A stretch of 64,000 nucleotides of DNA, from assembly GCA_963786105.1 (NCBI GenBank), contig CAWAXX010000012.1, forward strand, positions 64,001 to 128,000. The letters are read 5' to 3'. Position numbers and translations under genes: made by a program. A model generated the notes under the pieces. It made no database searches. It had not been told where the DNA came from and worked only from the letters and a program-made list of their open reading frames with translations. The DNA is from Vulcanimicrobiota bacterium (GTDB lineage Bacteria > Vulcanimicrobiota > Vulcanimicrobiia > Vulcanimicrobiales > Vulcanimicrobiaceae). Shown piece by piece: positions 32,456 to 42,144 of the stretch; positions within the stretch are counted from its first letter, which is position 1; each line of letters begins with the position of its first letter.

Positions 32456-32766
32456 TTGCCGCCTTCTTTGCGGCGGAACATTTGCAGCATGCGTTCGGTG
32501 ACGGCGAATCCGCCGAAGACGTTGATCGCACCCAAGGTGACCGCGAAAACGGCCAGGACCGTCAAGAGCGTTGAGTTCGCGCCTGCGCCGAACAACTGCG
32601 CGACGATGACGATCGCGCCCGCCAACACGATGCCGTGAATGGCGTTGGTGGCCGACATCAGCGGGGTGTGCAGGGTCGTCGGCACCTTCGAGATGACTTC
32701 GAAACCGACGAAAATCGCCAGCACGAGTACCGTCAGCAGGCTGATGTAATGCGACGCGTCGGTCAC
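32452..32766 (-). CDS. pntAB: NAD(P) transhydrogenase alpha subunit, membrane part
   Basis: VISKVPTTLHTPLMSATNAIHG, NVFGGFAVTERMLQMF. Confidence 0.93.
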   Translation of the reverse strand: MTDASHYISLLTVLVLAIFVGFEVISKVPTTLHTPLMSATNAIHGIVLAGAIVIVAQLFGAGANSTLLTVLAVFAVTLGAINVFGGFAVTERMLQMFRRKEGGK

Positions 32767-33881
32767 GAAGCGCTTCCTCCAATCAAAACATTTCCATTGG
32801 CCGCGACGCAGGCGCCCTTGGCGACGTCGTCGTTCATGTCGACGATCAGTTGACCGTCTTTGAGCCAGGGAGAGAGCAACGCGAAGACGTTGCGCGAGTA
32901 CAGCTGGCTGGCGTGATACGGCATCGTCGAAGGGAGATTGGTCGTCCCGACGATGGTGACGCCGTTGCTCGAGGTGACGACTTGGTCGGCGATCGTCAGC
33001 TCGCAGTTCCCGCCGGCTTCGGCGGCAAGGTCGACGATGACGCTTCCCGGCTTCATCGCCGCCACAGCCGCGGCGCTAACGAGGATCGGCGCCTTTCTGC
33101 CCGGCACCAACGCCGTCGTAATGACGACGTCGTTACCGCCGATTTGCTCGACCATCCACGCGCGCTGCCGCTCTTGCTGTTCGGGCGTGAGCTCTTTGGC
33201 GTATCCGCCTGCGCCCTCTGCATCGGCGCCGAGGTCGAACTCCAAAAACGTCGCGCCCAGCGACTGCACCTGCTCTTTAACGGCGGCCCGAACGTCGTAG
33301 CCGCTCACGACGGCGCCGAGACGCCGGGCGGTCGCAATCGCTTGTAGGCCGGCAACGCCCGCCCCGAGTACCAGCACCTTGGCCGGCGGAATGGTTCCCG
33401 CGGCAGTCGTAAGCATCGGAAAGAATTTCGGCAGGGTGGCGGCGGCGAGCAGCACGGCCTTGTAGCCCGCAATGTTGCTTTGCGATGACAACGCGTCCAT
33501 CGACTGCGCGCGTGTGATGCGCGGAATCATTTCCATCGCGAGCGCGGTGACGCCGGCTTGCGCGAGCTCGCGCACGTAGCCGGGATCGCCTAGCGGGTTG
33601 AAAAACCCCACGACGACGGTGCCCGGCTTTAGCGCCGACAGCACCTCGGCACTCGGGCGCCCGACGGCCACCACGACATCGGCATTGCGCGCGATGGCGG
33701 CATCGTCGACAATGACCGCGCCGGCGCGGTCGTAGAGTTCGTCGGGAAATGCGGCGGCTTCGCCGGCACCGTGCGCGACGTGTACGGAAGCTCCGGACTT
33801 TACCAGTCTTGCGACCGTTTCGGGCACGAGCGCGACCCGGCGCTCGTGTAGAGCGGCCTCACGAGGAACGGCGACGATCAT
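32763..33881 (-). CDS. pntAA: NAD(P) transhydrogenase alpha subunit, NAD-binding part
   Basis: ERRVALVPE, RITRAQSMDALSSQ, GAGVAGLQAIATA, DLAAEAGGNC. Confidence 0.94.
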   Translation of the reverse strand: MIVAVPREAALHERRVALVPETVARLVKSGASVHVAHGAGEAAAFPDELYDRAGAVIVDDAAIARNADVVVAVGRPSAEVLSALKPGTVVVGFFNPLGDPGYVRELAQAGVTALAMEMIPRITRAQSMDALSSQSNIAGYKAVLLAAATLPKFFPMLTTAAGTIPPAKVLVLGAGVAGLQAIATARRLGAVVSGYDVRAAVKEQVQSLGATFLEFDLGADAEGAGGYAKELTPEQQERQRAWMVEQIGGNDVVITTALVPGRKAPILVSAAAVAAMKPGSVIVDLAAEAGGNCELTIADQVVTSSNGVTIVGTTNLPSTMPYHASQLYSRNVFALLSPWLKDGQLIVDMNDDVAKGACVAANGNVLIGGSAS

Positions 33882-33929
33882 AGCCACCCGTGATACGTCC
33901 CAAGGAGCCCGACTCCCTCGGAGCCGGAG

Positions 33930-34307
33930 TTACCAGCCGATCGCGAAGAGCGCCATCGTGAGGATCAGGACGAAAGCGATAACGCCGCCGACGTGCACGC
34001 CGTGCTCGCGACGCAGTTTCCGGCCGCCGCCGTGGTAGGCAATGGCGAGATCGGTTAGCGATAGGACCACGCCGGCGATCGCCAGCACGATCAGCAGCGG
34101 GACGTCCCTAAAATACACGGCCGCACCCAGCACCGCGCCGATGGCAACGTCGCGAATGCCCGTGGCTCGCGCGAAACCGCGCGAGGCCTGACCGTCGAGC
34201 GGTAAGCCGTACGCGTGGGCCATGCGGTGCGGCGCAATCAGCGCGAAGATGCCGACGAGTATCAGCGCGAGCGCAACGATCCCGCCAGCGATCGACAGTG
34301 CCGTCAT
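33930..34307 (-). CDS. DUF4267-like small membrane protein
   Basis: Four hydrophobic segments, YGLP...GIRDVAIG motif; coupled to the upstream FAH gene. Confidence 0.65.
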   Translation of the reverse strand: MTALSIAGGIVALALILVGIFALIAPHRMAHAYGLPLDGQASRGFARATGIRDVAIGAVLGAAVYFRDVPLLIVLAIAGVVLSLTDLAIAYHGGGRKLRREHGVHVGGVIAFVLILTMALFAIGW

Positions 34308-35152
34308 GCGATCGAGATCGTGTTGCGCAGAACGCCGATCTTTTCGATGTCGACTTCCATAACGTCGCCTTCGGACAGAAACTCGGGCGGCCTGCGAGCG
34401 TAGCCGACGCCCGCCGGCGTTCCGGTTGCGATGACGTCGCCGGGAAGGAGCGTCATGCCCTTGCTGAGCTCGGCAATCAGACGAGGAATCCCAAACAGCA
34501 TTTGAGCGGTATTGCTGCGCTGCTTTTCCACGCCGTTGAGACGAAACGCGATATCAAGCGCCTGAGGGTCGCCGATTTCGTCGGCCGAAACGATCCACGG
34601 ACCGATGGGGCAACAATCGTCGAGGCTCTTGCCTTTGAACCATTGGCCGTGCTCGCGCTGGAGGTTGCGCGCGGTGACGTCGTTGAGCGCGGTGTAACCG
34701 AAAACGAAGTGCAGGGCATCGGCCTCGCTGACGTCCTTGCACTTCGCTGCGACGACCACGGCGAGCTCTGCCTCGAAATCGTATTCGGCGGAAAGTCTCG
34801 CCTGCAAGTGCAAGGTCGATTCGGGTCCGGCGATCGAGGTCGGTGCTTTGGTAAAGAACGTCGGTACTTCCGGAAGCCGTAGCTCGCGGCCGGCGGCAAT
34901 CGCGCCCTCTTTGGCGTGGTCGAGATAGTTCCGGCCGACGCAGAACACGTTGCGCGCAGGACGCACGGGAGCTTCGAGCCGCACGCCCGCAAACGGCACC
35001 AGCTCCTCCGAGGAATGCCACGCGATACGCTCGTGAGGGGCGAGTGCGATGTAGTCGCGCAACGTCGGCGTCGAGATTCGATGAATCGCGTCACCTTCGA
35101 CGACGCCGGGCGACGTTTCGCCTTCCGATGTTTTATAGGTGACGAAGCGCAT
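34304..35152 (-). CDS. Fumarylacetoacetate hydrolase family protein
   Basis: CVGRNYLDHA, DFEAELAVV, NDVTARNLQ, WFKGKSLD, GDVIATGTPAGVG. Confidence 0.92.
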   Translation of the reverse strand: MRFVTYKTSEGETSPGVVEGDAIHRISTPTLRDYIALAPHERIAWHSSEELVPFAGVRLEAPVRPARNVFCVGRNYLDHAKEGAIAAGRELRLPEVPTFFTKAPTSIAGPESTLHLQARLSAEYDFEAELAVVVAAKCKDVSEADALHFVFGYTALNDVTARNLQREHGQWFKGKSLDDCCPIGPWIVSADEIGDPQALDIAFRLNGVEKQRSNTAQMLFGIPRLIAELSKGMTLLPGDVIATGTPAGVGYARRPPEFLSEGDVMEVDIEKIGVLRNTISIA

Positions 35153-35170
35153 CGACGCGTTCGATACGCC

Positions 35171-35722
35171 TCAGCCGTGCGGTATCGTGGGAAGCGGACT
35201 CGGCGACGGCGTTTTGGCGCCCGTGATGCTGTTGAGCGACGGAAGTTTCGCCCGCTGCGCTTGTTGCTGTTTCGCCGCCGCGTCGGCCTCTTTCTTGGCC
35301 GTGTCGATCATGACGTTGGCGGCGCCTTCGTCGTCGCCCCACGATCCGCCGGTCGAGATCAACGAAATCTTCCGCGCGACCGAATGATCTTTGGGGTTGT
35401 AATCGTAGGTCACCTTGAAGAGGCCGACCACGGCGCTACCGTCGCCCTTGCGAATCCACATTTGCAGCGCGTTGCCGTACGTTTGCGCGTTGAACGTGGG
35501 GTACTTGGTCCCTTTTCCCGATTTGATTCGCACGACTTGCCCGTGCTTGTTCACCTCGACGACGTACTCGGCGTGAAGCGGCACCGGCGGAAGGTGTGGC
35601 GGGGGCACCTTGATCGCGTGCGGCGTCGCGCTGGGTGTGGGGCTGGTGCCGGCGAATGCCGGGGCGCACGTCAGTGCCAGCATCGTTGCGAGCGCGACGG
35701 CTCCTAGGCATGGACTCTTCAT
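35171..35722 (-). CDS. Exported hypothetical protein with Pro-rich linker and possible TonB C-terminal-like domain
   Basis: Signal peptide, Pro-rich segment, VVEVNKHGQVVRIKS...FNAQTYGNALQMW pattern. Confidence 0.5.
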   Translation of the reverse strand: MKSPCLGAVALATMLALTCAPAFAGTSPTPSATPHAIKVPPPHLPPVPLHAEYVVEVNKHGQVVRIKSGKGTKYPTFNAQTYGNALQMWIRKGDGSAVVGLFKVTYDYNPKDHSVARKISLISTGGSWGDDEGAANVMIDTAKKEADAAAKQQQAQRAKLPSLNSITGAKTPSPSPLPTIPHG

Positions 35723-35818
35723 ATCCGCCAAGCGCTTACGCGCGCTCGCCGCGCCGACCTCCCCACGCTTGGAGGCCCGAGCCTAGGCGGTCGCCGGGCG
35801 CCCAACGAAACTCGGAAC

Positions 35819-38173
35819 GTGTCCCTTCGAGCGTTCTCGATCTTCGCGCTTGCGTTAATGGTGAGCGCGATTCCCGTTCGAGCCGAGCGGCCGATCGTCG
35901 ACTTACACCGGCTCGACGCGTATTTTGCGTTGTTTGCCGGGGACTCGAACGTGCCGTGGAAGCCGACGACGGTGCGCTTAGATACCTACTCGAGCGCCCC
36001 GGTGCAGTTTTCGGTCTATCAAGTCGATCCGGTCGACGTTTTAACCGCCGGCTCGAACGCGCGCCCGCGAGCCATCTCGACGCGCGGACGCCGCCCGGTG
36101 GTCTCGTTCAACTTCGCACCTCCCGGCGGCTATCAATTTCAATCGAACGAAATCGACGTACAGCTCGGCTCGCGTGAAGGATTTTTCGTGGTCGAAGCTC
36201 GTCGCGGCGACGTCGGCGAGCAGGTTTGGATCAATCGTTCGCGAGTCGGTCTCGTTTCGAAGGAAACGCCCGGAGAACTCGTGCTATACGGTACCGACCT
36301 CGGGACCGGCCGTGCGTTAGAGCGCATGCGCGTGCAACTCGTCGTGAACAATACGTTCGCAACAGCGACGACCGACACGCACGGATTGATTCGTTGGGAA
36401 CGGTCGCCGCGGCCCGTTTTCGCGCTCGCGCAATGGGGCAACAGCTACGCATTCTTGAGCTTGCTGCCGCAGGCGCCGCTGCCGTCGACGATCGTCGTCG
36501 TGCGCACGGATTCGGCGGTCGTGCACGCCGGCGACGCGGTACGCGTCGTCGGATTCGCGCGAAGCCGGGCGGGAGACGTCTTACGACCGAGCGGCGGAAG
36601 CGCGACGGTGTCGCTTCGATCGGGGGCTAAGGCCATCGCCGAACAACGGGTGGCGCTCGATGGTGCCGGCGCCTTCGGTGCGACGTTCGTCGTCCCCGCC
36701 AATGCCGCCGCCGGCGATTACACGGTGCTCGCGCAAACGGGTGGCGGAATCGGCGGCGCGACCGTGCACGTGGATGCGAATTCCGGCGGCCTTTCGCTCG
36801 ACGTCACGGCGCAGTGCGGCGAGTCGTGCGATCCTGCGCAAGACGTGCCCCTTTCGATCCGTTCCTCGCACGGCGATGCCCTCGTGCACGTGATCGTCGT
36901 CCGCTCTCCTCACGTGTACCTCGGCTACGTGCCGGAAACGACGCCGTGGGCAACCACGGTTTGGCTGGATCGATCGGTGCGCACCGGCAGCGACGGTACG
37001 GCGACCGTGATGATTCCGCACCCCAACGACGAGCTCGGATCAACGTACGGCGTGCAAGTAGAATCGGGCGGCGCGACGGCCGACACCCGCATCATCGTGC
37101 CGACGGGGCGTGCGGTCATTCGATTGCACGTCGATCGCGACGAGCAGACGTTGGGAACGCCGCTTGGATTTGACGTCTATGCAAACGAAGCGGCAAGTGG
37201 GAAGCCGTTGACGGGGGCTATCGTCACCGTGCGGCTGACGCACGGTGCGGCCATCGCGCAGCAGCAGCTAACGCTCGACGGTGACGGCCACGCGCGCGGA
37301 AGTTTTAGCTCGCCGCAGCTTGGAACCGACTTGGTGTTCGCGAGCGTGGACGACTCGGGACGCGCGATGGACGCGGCAGCAGTGCAGGTCGACGCGCGTG
37401 CGACCGGGGCGACGTCACAAGAGGGAAGTCCCGACGTGCACGTTTCCCTCGGCAGGCCCGCCTATCGCGGTGGCGACGACGTGAGCGTCGATGCCGTCGC
37501 GCCCGGATCGAGCGGCGATAGTCTGATCACGTTCGAGAGCGCGCAGGGAGCGCAAGCCGCCGTGGTGGCGACGTCGAACGGCCGTGCTTCGGCGCATTTT
37601 CGCGCCGCCGATGCGACCGGCGAACTGCGCGTCGGATCGGCTTTCGTTCGTGACGGTGCCATCGAGTGGGCCACGGTCCCCCTCGTGCTCGACGCTCCCG
37701 GCCGTCCCGAGTTCGCGCCGCTCGTGTTGGACCACGACGCGAGTTACGCACCTGGACAAGCCGCAACGATCGCTTTCCGGAGCACTCCCTCAGGCGGCGG
37801 GACGATCGCCGTGCGCCTTAGCCGCGGCGACCCGTCGGGTACCGCCCTGTTCGATTCGGCGCCGGCGCTGCTTGCAATCGGCGTCGCGGCGACGCAGACC
37901 AGCGCTCCGGCGGCGACTACCTGGCACCCGTGGGTCGATTCAACCGGCGACCACGCGCAAGTGCTGGGCTTCGTGCGGCGAACGCAGCCGCCTCCGCAAA
38001 TTGCGCTCGCGCAGGCGGAATCGCACCCGATTTCGTGGAGCGTTGAGCGAACGACGGGCGACGCGTTCGCCGTGCAGATGCCGGCTCAAAGCGGACGCTA
38101 TAACTTGTCGGTTCTCAGAATATCAGACGACGGAAGCGTGAGCGCGGGTTCCTCCGGAGTCGTGGTACGCTGA
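35819..38173 (+). CDS. Short alpha-2-macroglobulin-like exported protein (MG domains only)
   Basis: TDLGTGRAL...TDTHGL, RTDSAVVHAGDAVRV, GAFGATFVVPANAAAGDYTV, LGRPAYRGGDDV, YAPGQAATI resemble MG-domain motifs; no CxEQ. Confidence 0.6.
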   Translation: MSLRAFSIFALALMVSAIPVRAERPIVDLHRLDAYFALFAGDSNVPWKPTTVRLDTYSSAPVQFSVYQVDPVDVLTAGSNARPRAISTRGRRPVVSFNFAPPGGYQFQSNEIDVQLGSREGFFVVEARRGDVGEQVWINRSRVGLVSKETPGELVLYGTDLGTGRALERMRVQLVVNNTFATATTDTHGLIRWERSPRPVFALAQWGNSYAFLSLLPQAPLPSTIVVVRTDSAVVHAGDAVRVVGFARSRAGDVLRPSGGSATVSLRSGAKAIAEQRVALDGAGAFGATFVVPANAAAGDYTVLAQTGGGIGGATVHVDANSGGLSLDVTAQCGESCDPAQDVPLSIRSSHGDALVHVIVVRSPHVYLGYVPETTPWATTVWLDRSVRTGSDGTATVMIPHPNDELGSTYGVQVESGGATADTRIIVPTGRAVIRLHVDRDEQTLGTPLGFDVYANEAASGKPLTGAIVTVRLTHGAAIAQQQLTLDGDGHARGSFSSPQLGTDLVFASVDDSGRAMDAAAVQVDARATGATSQEGSPDVHVSLGRPAYRGGDDVSVDAVAPGSSGDSLITFESAQGAQAAVVATSNGRASAHFRAADATGELRVGSAFVRDGAIEWATVPLVLDAPGRPEFAPLVLDHDASYAPGQAATIAFRSTPSGGGTIAVRLSRGDPSGTALFDSAPALLAIGVAATQTSAPAATTWHPWVDSTGDHAQVLGFVRRTQPPPQIALAQAESHPISWSVERTTGDAFAVQMPAQSGRYNLSVLRISDDGSVSAGSSGVVVR

Positions 38174-38194
38174 CCCAGTGAGGTTGCCGATTTC

Positions 38195-40822
38195 ATGAGT
38201 CTGATGTTGCTCGACACCTATGGGCTAGTGTACCGCGCGTTCTTCGCGTTGCCGGGCTTGACCACAAGCAAGGGCGTTCCGATCAATGCAGCCTACGGTT
38301 TTACGATGATGCTCAACAAGCTCATCGCCGACGAGAAGCCGACGCACGTGATCGCTGCCTTCGACAAAGGCATGCCGGCGGAGCGCGTCGCTCTTTACAA
38401 GGAATACAAAGCCCAGCGTACGGCGATGCCCGACGAGCTGCGAAGCCAGTTTGGACTGGTTCGGCGCATTCTCGACGCCCATCGCATTCCGATCGTCGAG
38501 TTCGAGGGACAAGAAGCCGACGACGTCATCGCGACACTCGCGCGGCACGCCGAGGAGGCCGGCGAGCAAACGGTGGTCGTGACCGGCGATCTCGACCTGT
38601 TGCAGATCGTCGACGACCGGACGACCGTGTTGACGACGCGTCGTGGCATCACCGAACTGGGACGGTACGACCCGGCCGCCGTGCGCGAGCGCTTTGGACT
38701 GGACCCCTCGCAGCTTCCCGACTACCGCGGACTTAAAGGCGATCCGTCCGATAATCTTCCCGGCATTCCCAGCATCGGCGAAAAAACCGCAACCAAACTC
38801 CTGCAGGCTGCCGGATCGCTCGACGCTCTTATTGCGGATCCGAGCTTGGCGGGAAGCCCCAAGCTGCAGAAACTCATCGAAACCTATGGCGAGCAGGCCT
38901 GTCTGTGCCGCGCGGTGTCGATCGTGCGACGCGATCTGCCGTTGAGCGTCGACTGGGATGCCAGCCGGTACGTCGCGCCCGCCGATAGCGATCTCTACCA
39001 CCTCTATAGGGAACTCGAGTTCAAATCGTTGGTGGCGAAGTTGCAGGCGCCGGCGGAACTGCCGCTTCTCGAAAATCAACCGCAGCTTTCGGGCAACTAC
39101 CAGAACTACGTCGCGTCGGTCGATCCGCCCGAGTTCGTGCGGCTGGGAGAGCAACTCCGGGCACTCGCCGCCAGTCCGCAAGTCGCCTTCGCAACGTTGG
39201 GCGACGCTCTGGGTGCGAGCGGCCGAGCGGGGACCGGGGTTGGATTCGCAACCGATGCGTTGGTCTACGAGCCCGTACGGGACGCATTACGCGCGATTTT
39301 CGACGCCGATGTCTCGACGAGCGCGTACGATGCAAAGCGCGTCGTGCGGTTGCTGCGCGACGGCGGGATATCGAACGCGCGCTTCAACGACGACGCCATG
39401 ATCGGCGCGCATCTGCTCGATCCGTCGCGCGGATTTGCCGATCTCGAAGACGCGGCTGCCGTATTTCTGAACGCCGGGCTTCCCGGCGAAGCCGCCGCGC
39501 ACGCCGACGCGACGCTGCAGCTCGTCGAAAAAATCCGACCCGCGTTAGCGGAACGCGATCAGCTGCGTCTCTACCAGGACGTCGAGGTGCCGCTCGCGCC
39601 GGTGCTCGCCGCCATGGAAGCAGTCGGCGTCGCGATCGATCCGCGCGAACTGCATGCGATCGGTCGCGAGGTCGACGAAGCGGCCGCGCGCCTGCAAAAA
39701 CGCGTCTACGATTTTGCGGGCGAGGAGTTCAACATCGGGTCGCCCCAGCAGCTCGGACGAATTCTCTTCGAGAAGCTCCAGATTCCCGGCGGCAAGAAAA
39801 CCAAGACCGGTTGGGCGACCGGGGTCGAGGTGCTGCAGGTCTTGGCGCGCGAGTACCCGATCTGTTCGCTGGTCTTGGACTGGCGCGAAGTTACCAAGCT
39901 CAAGAACACCTACATCGACGTCATTCCCGGGTTGGTCGACGCGCGCGATGGCCGGCTGCACACGGCCTTCAATCAGACGGCGACGGCCACCGGCCGGCTC
40001 TCGTCGACCAATCCGAACTTGCAGAACATCCCGGTGCGCGGCGATCTCGGACGGCGCATCCGGCGGGCCTTCGTCGCCCGCAACGACGATTACGTGCTGC
40101 TAGCCGCCGACTACAGCCAAATCGAGTTACGCCTGATGGCGCATCTTTCCGGCGACGAAGCGATGCGCAGCGCCTTCGAGGAAGGTCAAGACATTCACGA
40201 CTTCACGGCCCGGCAAATTTTCAGCGTCCCGCCCGGCGAGCGTGTCGATGCCAACCAGCGCCGCATGGCTAAGAGCGTGAATTTCGGTCTTTTCTACGGC
40301 ATGAGCGACTTCGGGCTGGCCCAACGCCTGGAAATCGGCCGCGCCGAGGCCAAGGAGATCACGACGGCGTACTTCGCCCGCTTTCCCTCGGTGCGCGACT
40401 TCATCGACCGTACGATCGCCGACGGGCGGCGCAATGGATACGTGTCGACGATTCTCGGTCGCCGGCGATACATGCCGGGCCTTACCTCCGGGAATTACAT
40501 GCTGCGTGCCGCGGCCGAGCGCGAAGCAACCAATGCGCCGCTGCAAGGCAGCGCGGCCGATCTCATGAAGCTGGCGATGGTGCACATCGACGGCGCGCTC
40601 GCAACGTCGGGCCTCGACGCGACGTTGCTCTTACAGATTCACGACGAACTGATCTTCGAGGTTGTCGCAACGCAGCGTTATGACGTCGCCAACCTAGTGC
40701 GCAATCACATGGAGCACGCCTTCGCGCTGTCGGTTCCGCTGGAAGTGACCCTCAAGTCCGGCCGCAACTGGTACGACGTCGAAACCATGCTCGACGCTGC
40801 GGAGGTACCCTCGAGTGCGTGA
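38195..40822 (+). CDS. polA: DNA polymerase I
   Basis: YRAFFALP, EADDVIATL, GDPSDNLPG, TGRLSSTNPNLQNIP, ADYSQIELR, AKSVNFG, LQIHDEL. Confidence 0.97.
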   Translation: MSLMLLDTYGLVYRAFFALPGLTTSKGVPINAAYGFTMMLNKLIADEKPTHVIAAFDKGMPAERVALYKEYKAQRTAMPDELRSQFGLVRRILDAHRIPIVEFEGQEADDVIATLARHAEEAGEQTVVVTGDLDLLQIVDDRTTVLTTRRGITELGRYDPAAVRERFGLDPSQLPDYRGLKGDPSDNLPGIPSIGEKTATKLLQAAGSLDALIADPSLAGSPKLQKLIETYGEQACLCRAVSIVRRDLPLSVDWDASRYVAPADSDLYHLYRELEFKSLVAKLQAPAELPLLENQPQLSGNYQNYVASVDPPEFVRLGEQLRALAASPQVAFATLGDALGASGRAGTGVGFATDALVYEPVRDALRAIFDADVSTSAYDAKRVVRLLRDGGISNARFNDDAMIGAHLLDPSRGFADLEDAAAVFLNAGLPGEAAAHADATLQLVEKIRPALAERDQLRLYQDVEVPLAPVLAAMEAVGVAIDPRELHAIGREVDEAAARLQKRVYDFAGEEFNIGSPQQLGRILFEKLQIPGGKKTKTGWATGVEVLQVLAREYPICSLVLDWREVTKLKNTYIDVIPGLVDARDGRLHTAFNQTATATGRLSSTNPNLQNIPVRGDLGRRIRRAFVARNDDYVLLAADYSQIELRLMAHLSGDEAMRSAFEEGQDIHDFTARQIFSVPPGERVDANQRRMAKSVNFGLFYGMSDFGLAQRLEIGRAEAKEITTAYFARFPSVRDFIDRTIADGRRNGYVSTILGRRRYMPGLTSGNYMLRAAAEREATNAPLQGSAADLMKLAMVHIDGALATSGLDATLLLQIHDELIFEVVATQRYDVANLVRNHMEHAFALSVPLEVTLKSGRNWYDVETMLDAAEVPSSA

Positions 40823-41268
40823 CGGGTTCGGAGCGATCGTCTTCGCGCTGGTTACGACCGTTGCCGCCAATCTCGGCGCCGCCGATGCCCGTCGTGGTCG
40901 TCCACGCGCCCAACGCCGATCTGCGTCTAGAAGTCGCAATCACGCCGGCGCAGCAAGAACGCGGGCTCATGGGCCGTACGTCGATGGCACCGCACGCGGG
41001 GATGCTGTTTGTCTTCGATCGCGACGAGTCGGTAGAATTCTGGATGAAGAACACGCTGATCCCACTCGACATGGTCTTCGTCGGCGCGGACGGTAAGGTG
41101 CGCAGAGTGTTTGCGAACGTGGCGACCGTCCCGCCGGCTCTTCCCGACGACGAGATTCCGCGCGAACCCGGAACGGCGAAGTACGTCATCGAGCTCGGCG
41201 CCAACGAGGCTCAACGCGACGGTATCGGGACTGGAGTCCGGCTGGTCATTCCTACGACGGCACCGTAA
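40815..41268 (+). CDS. DUF192 domain protein (possible frameshift just after the signal peptide)
   Basis: EVAITPAQQERGLMGR, GMLFVF, FWMKNTLIPLDMVF, YVIELGA; a signal-like N-terminus lies in the 40815 frame. Confidence 0.85.
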
Positions 41269-41277
41269 GGGCTGCCG

Positions 41278-42090
41278 ATGCCCGAGCTCCCCGAAGTCGA
41301 GACGATCGTACGCGGCCTGGCCGGAACGATCGTCGGCAAGCAGATCGAACGTGCCGAGGTCAGGCTCGCGAAAATCGCGGTCGCGCCTCCCCGGGTTGCC
41401 TTCGTCAAAGCCCTTCGCGGGGAACGGATTGCCGGCACCCGTCGCCGCGGTAAGTATGCCATCGTCGATTTGTCCTCCGGGCGCAGTCTGGTAACGGGAT
41501 TGCGGATGACGGGCCGCCTAGTCGTGCAAGGCCCCGGAGAGCCCGACCTTCCGGGTACCCACGTCGTGCTGTGGTTCGCCGACGGCAGCCGGCTGAGCTT
41601 CGCCGATCTGCGGACCTTCGGCCGCATGCGGCTCGTCGAACCGGCCGAGCCGTGGGACCACCATCTCGGGATAGAGCCGTTCTCTTCAGGCTTTACACCC
41701 GAAGCCTTTATGAGTATGCTTGCGGGGCGGACGACGCCGATCAAGGCTTTGCTCCTCGATCAGCGGCGCATTGCGGGCATAGGAAACATCTATGCGTGCG
41801 AGGCGCTGTGGGAGGCCCGGATCCGTCCGAGCCGTCCCGCACAGGCGTTGACGAAACCAGCGATTCGCCGGTTACACCTCGCCATCGTCGACGTTTTGCA
41901 ACGCGCGATCACCTTGCGCGGAACGAGCGTGGACGATTACGTGGATGCTGCCGGCCTCCGAGGCGGATTTCAAAACGTCCTCTCGGTGTACGGCAGACTC
42001 GGCAAACCGTGCGTGCGATGCGGCCGTCCGATCGTACGAACGGTCCTGGGGCAACGCGGGACCTGGTGGTGCCGGCGATGCCAGCGGTGA
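41278..42090 (+). CDS. mutM: Formamidopyrimidine-DNA glycosylase
   Basis: MPELPEVET, RRGKY, LLDQRRIAGIGNIYACE, C-terminal zinc finger CVRC...CRRCQ. Confidence 0.96.
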   Translation: MPELPEVETIVRGLAGTIVGKQIERAEVRLAKIAVAPPRVAFVKALRGERIAGTRRRGKYAIVDLSSGRSLVTGLRMTGRLVVQGPGEPDLPGTHVVLWFADGSRLSFADLRTFGRMRLVEPAEPWDHHLGIEPFSSGFTPEAFMSMLAGRTTPIKALLLDQRRIAGIGNIYACEALWEARIRPSRPAQALTKPAIRRLHLAIVDVLQRAITLRGTSVDDYVDAAGLRGGFQNVLSVYGRLGKPCVRCGRPIVRTVLGQRGTWWCRRCQR

Positions 42091-42144
42091 CGTTCGCGAC
42101 GAAACAGTATTACAAAATATTAAATGTAAGGTAGGAATCTCAAC

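Noticed and set aside
31052..32782. PntB extended over pntAB
   Set aside because: The upstream part is an off-frame reading of pntAB; PntB starts at 32455 with a 4-nt overlap.
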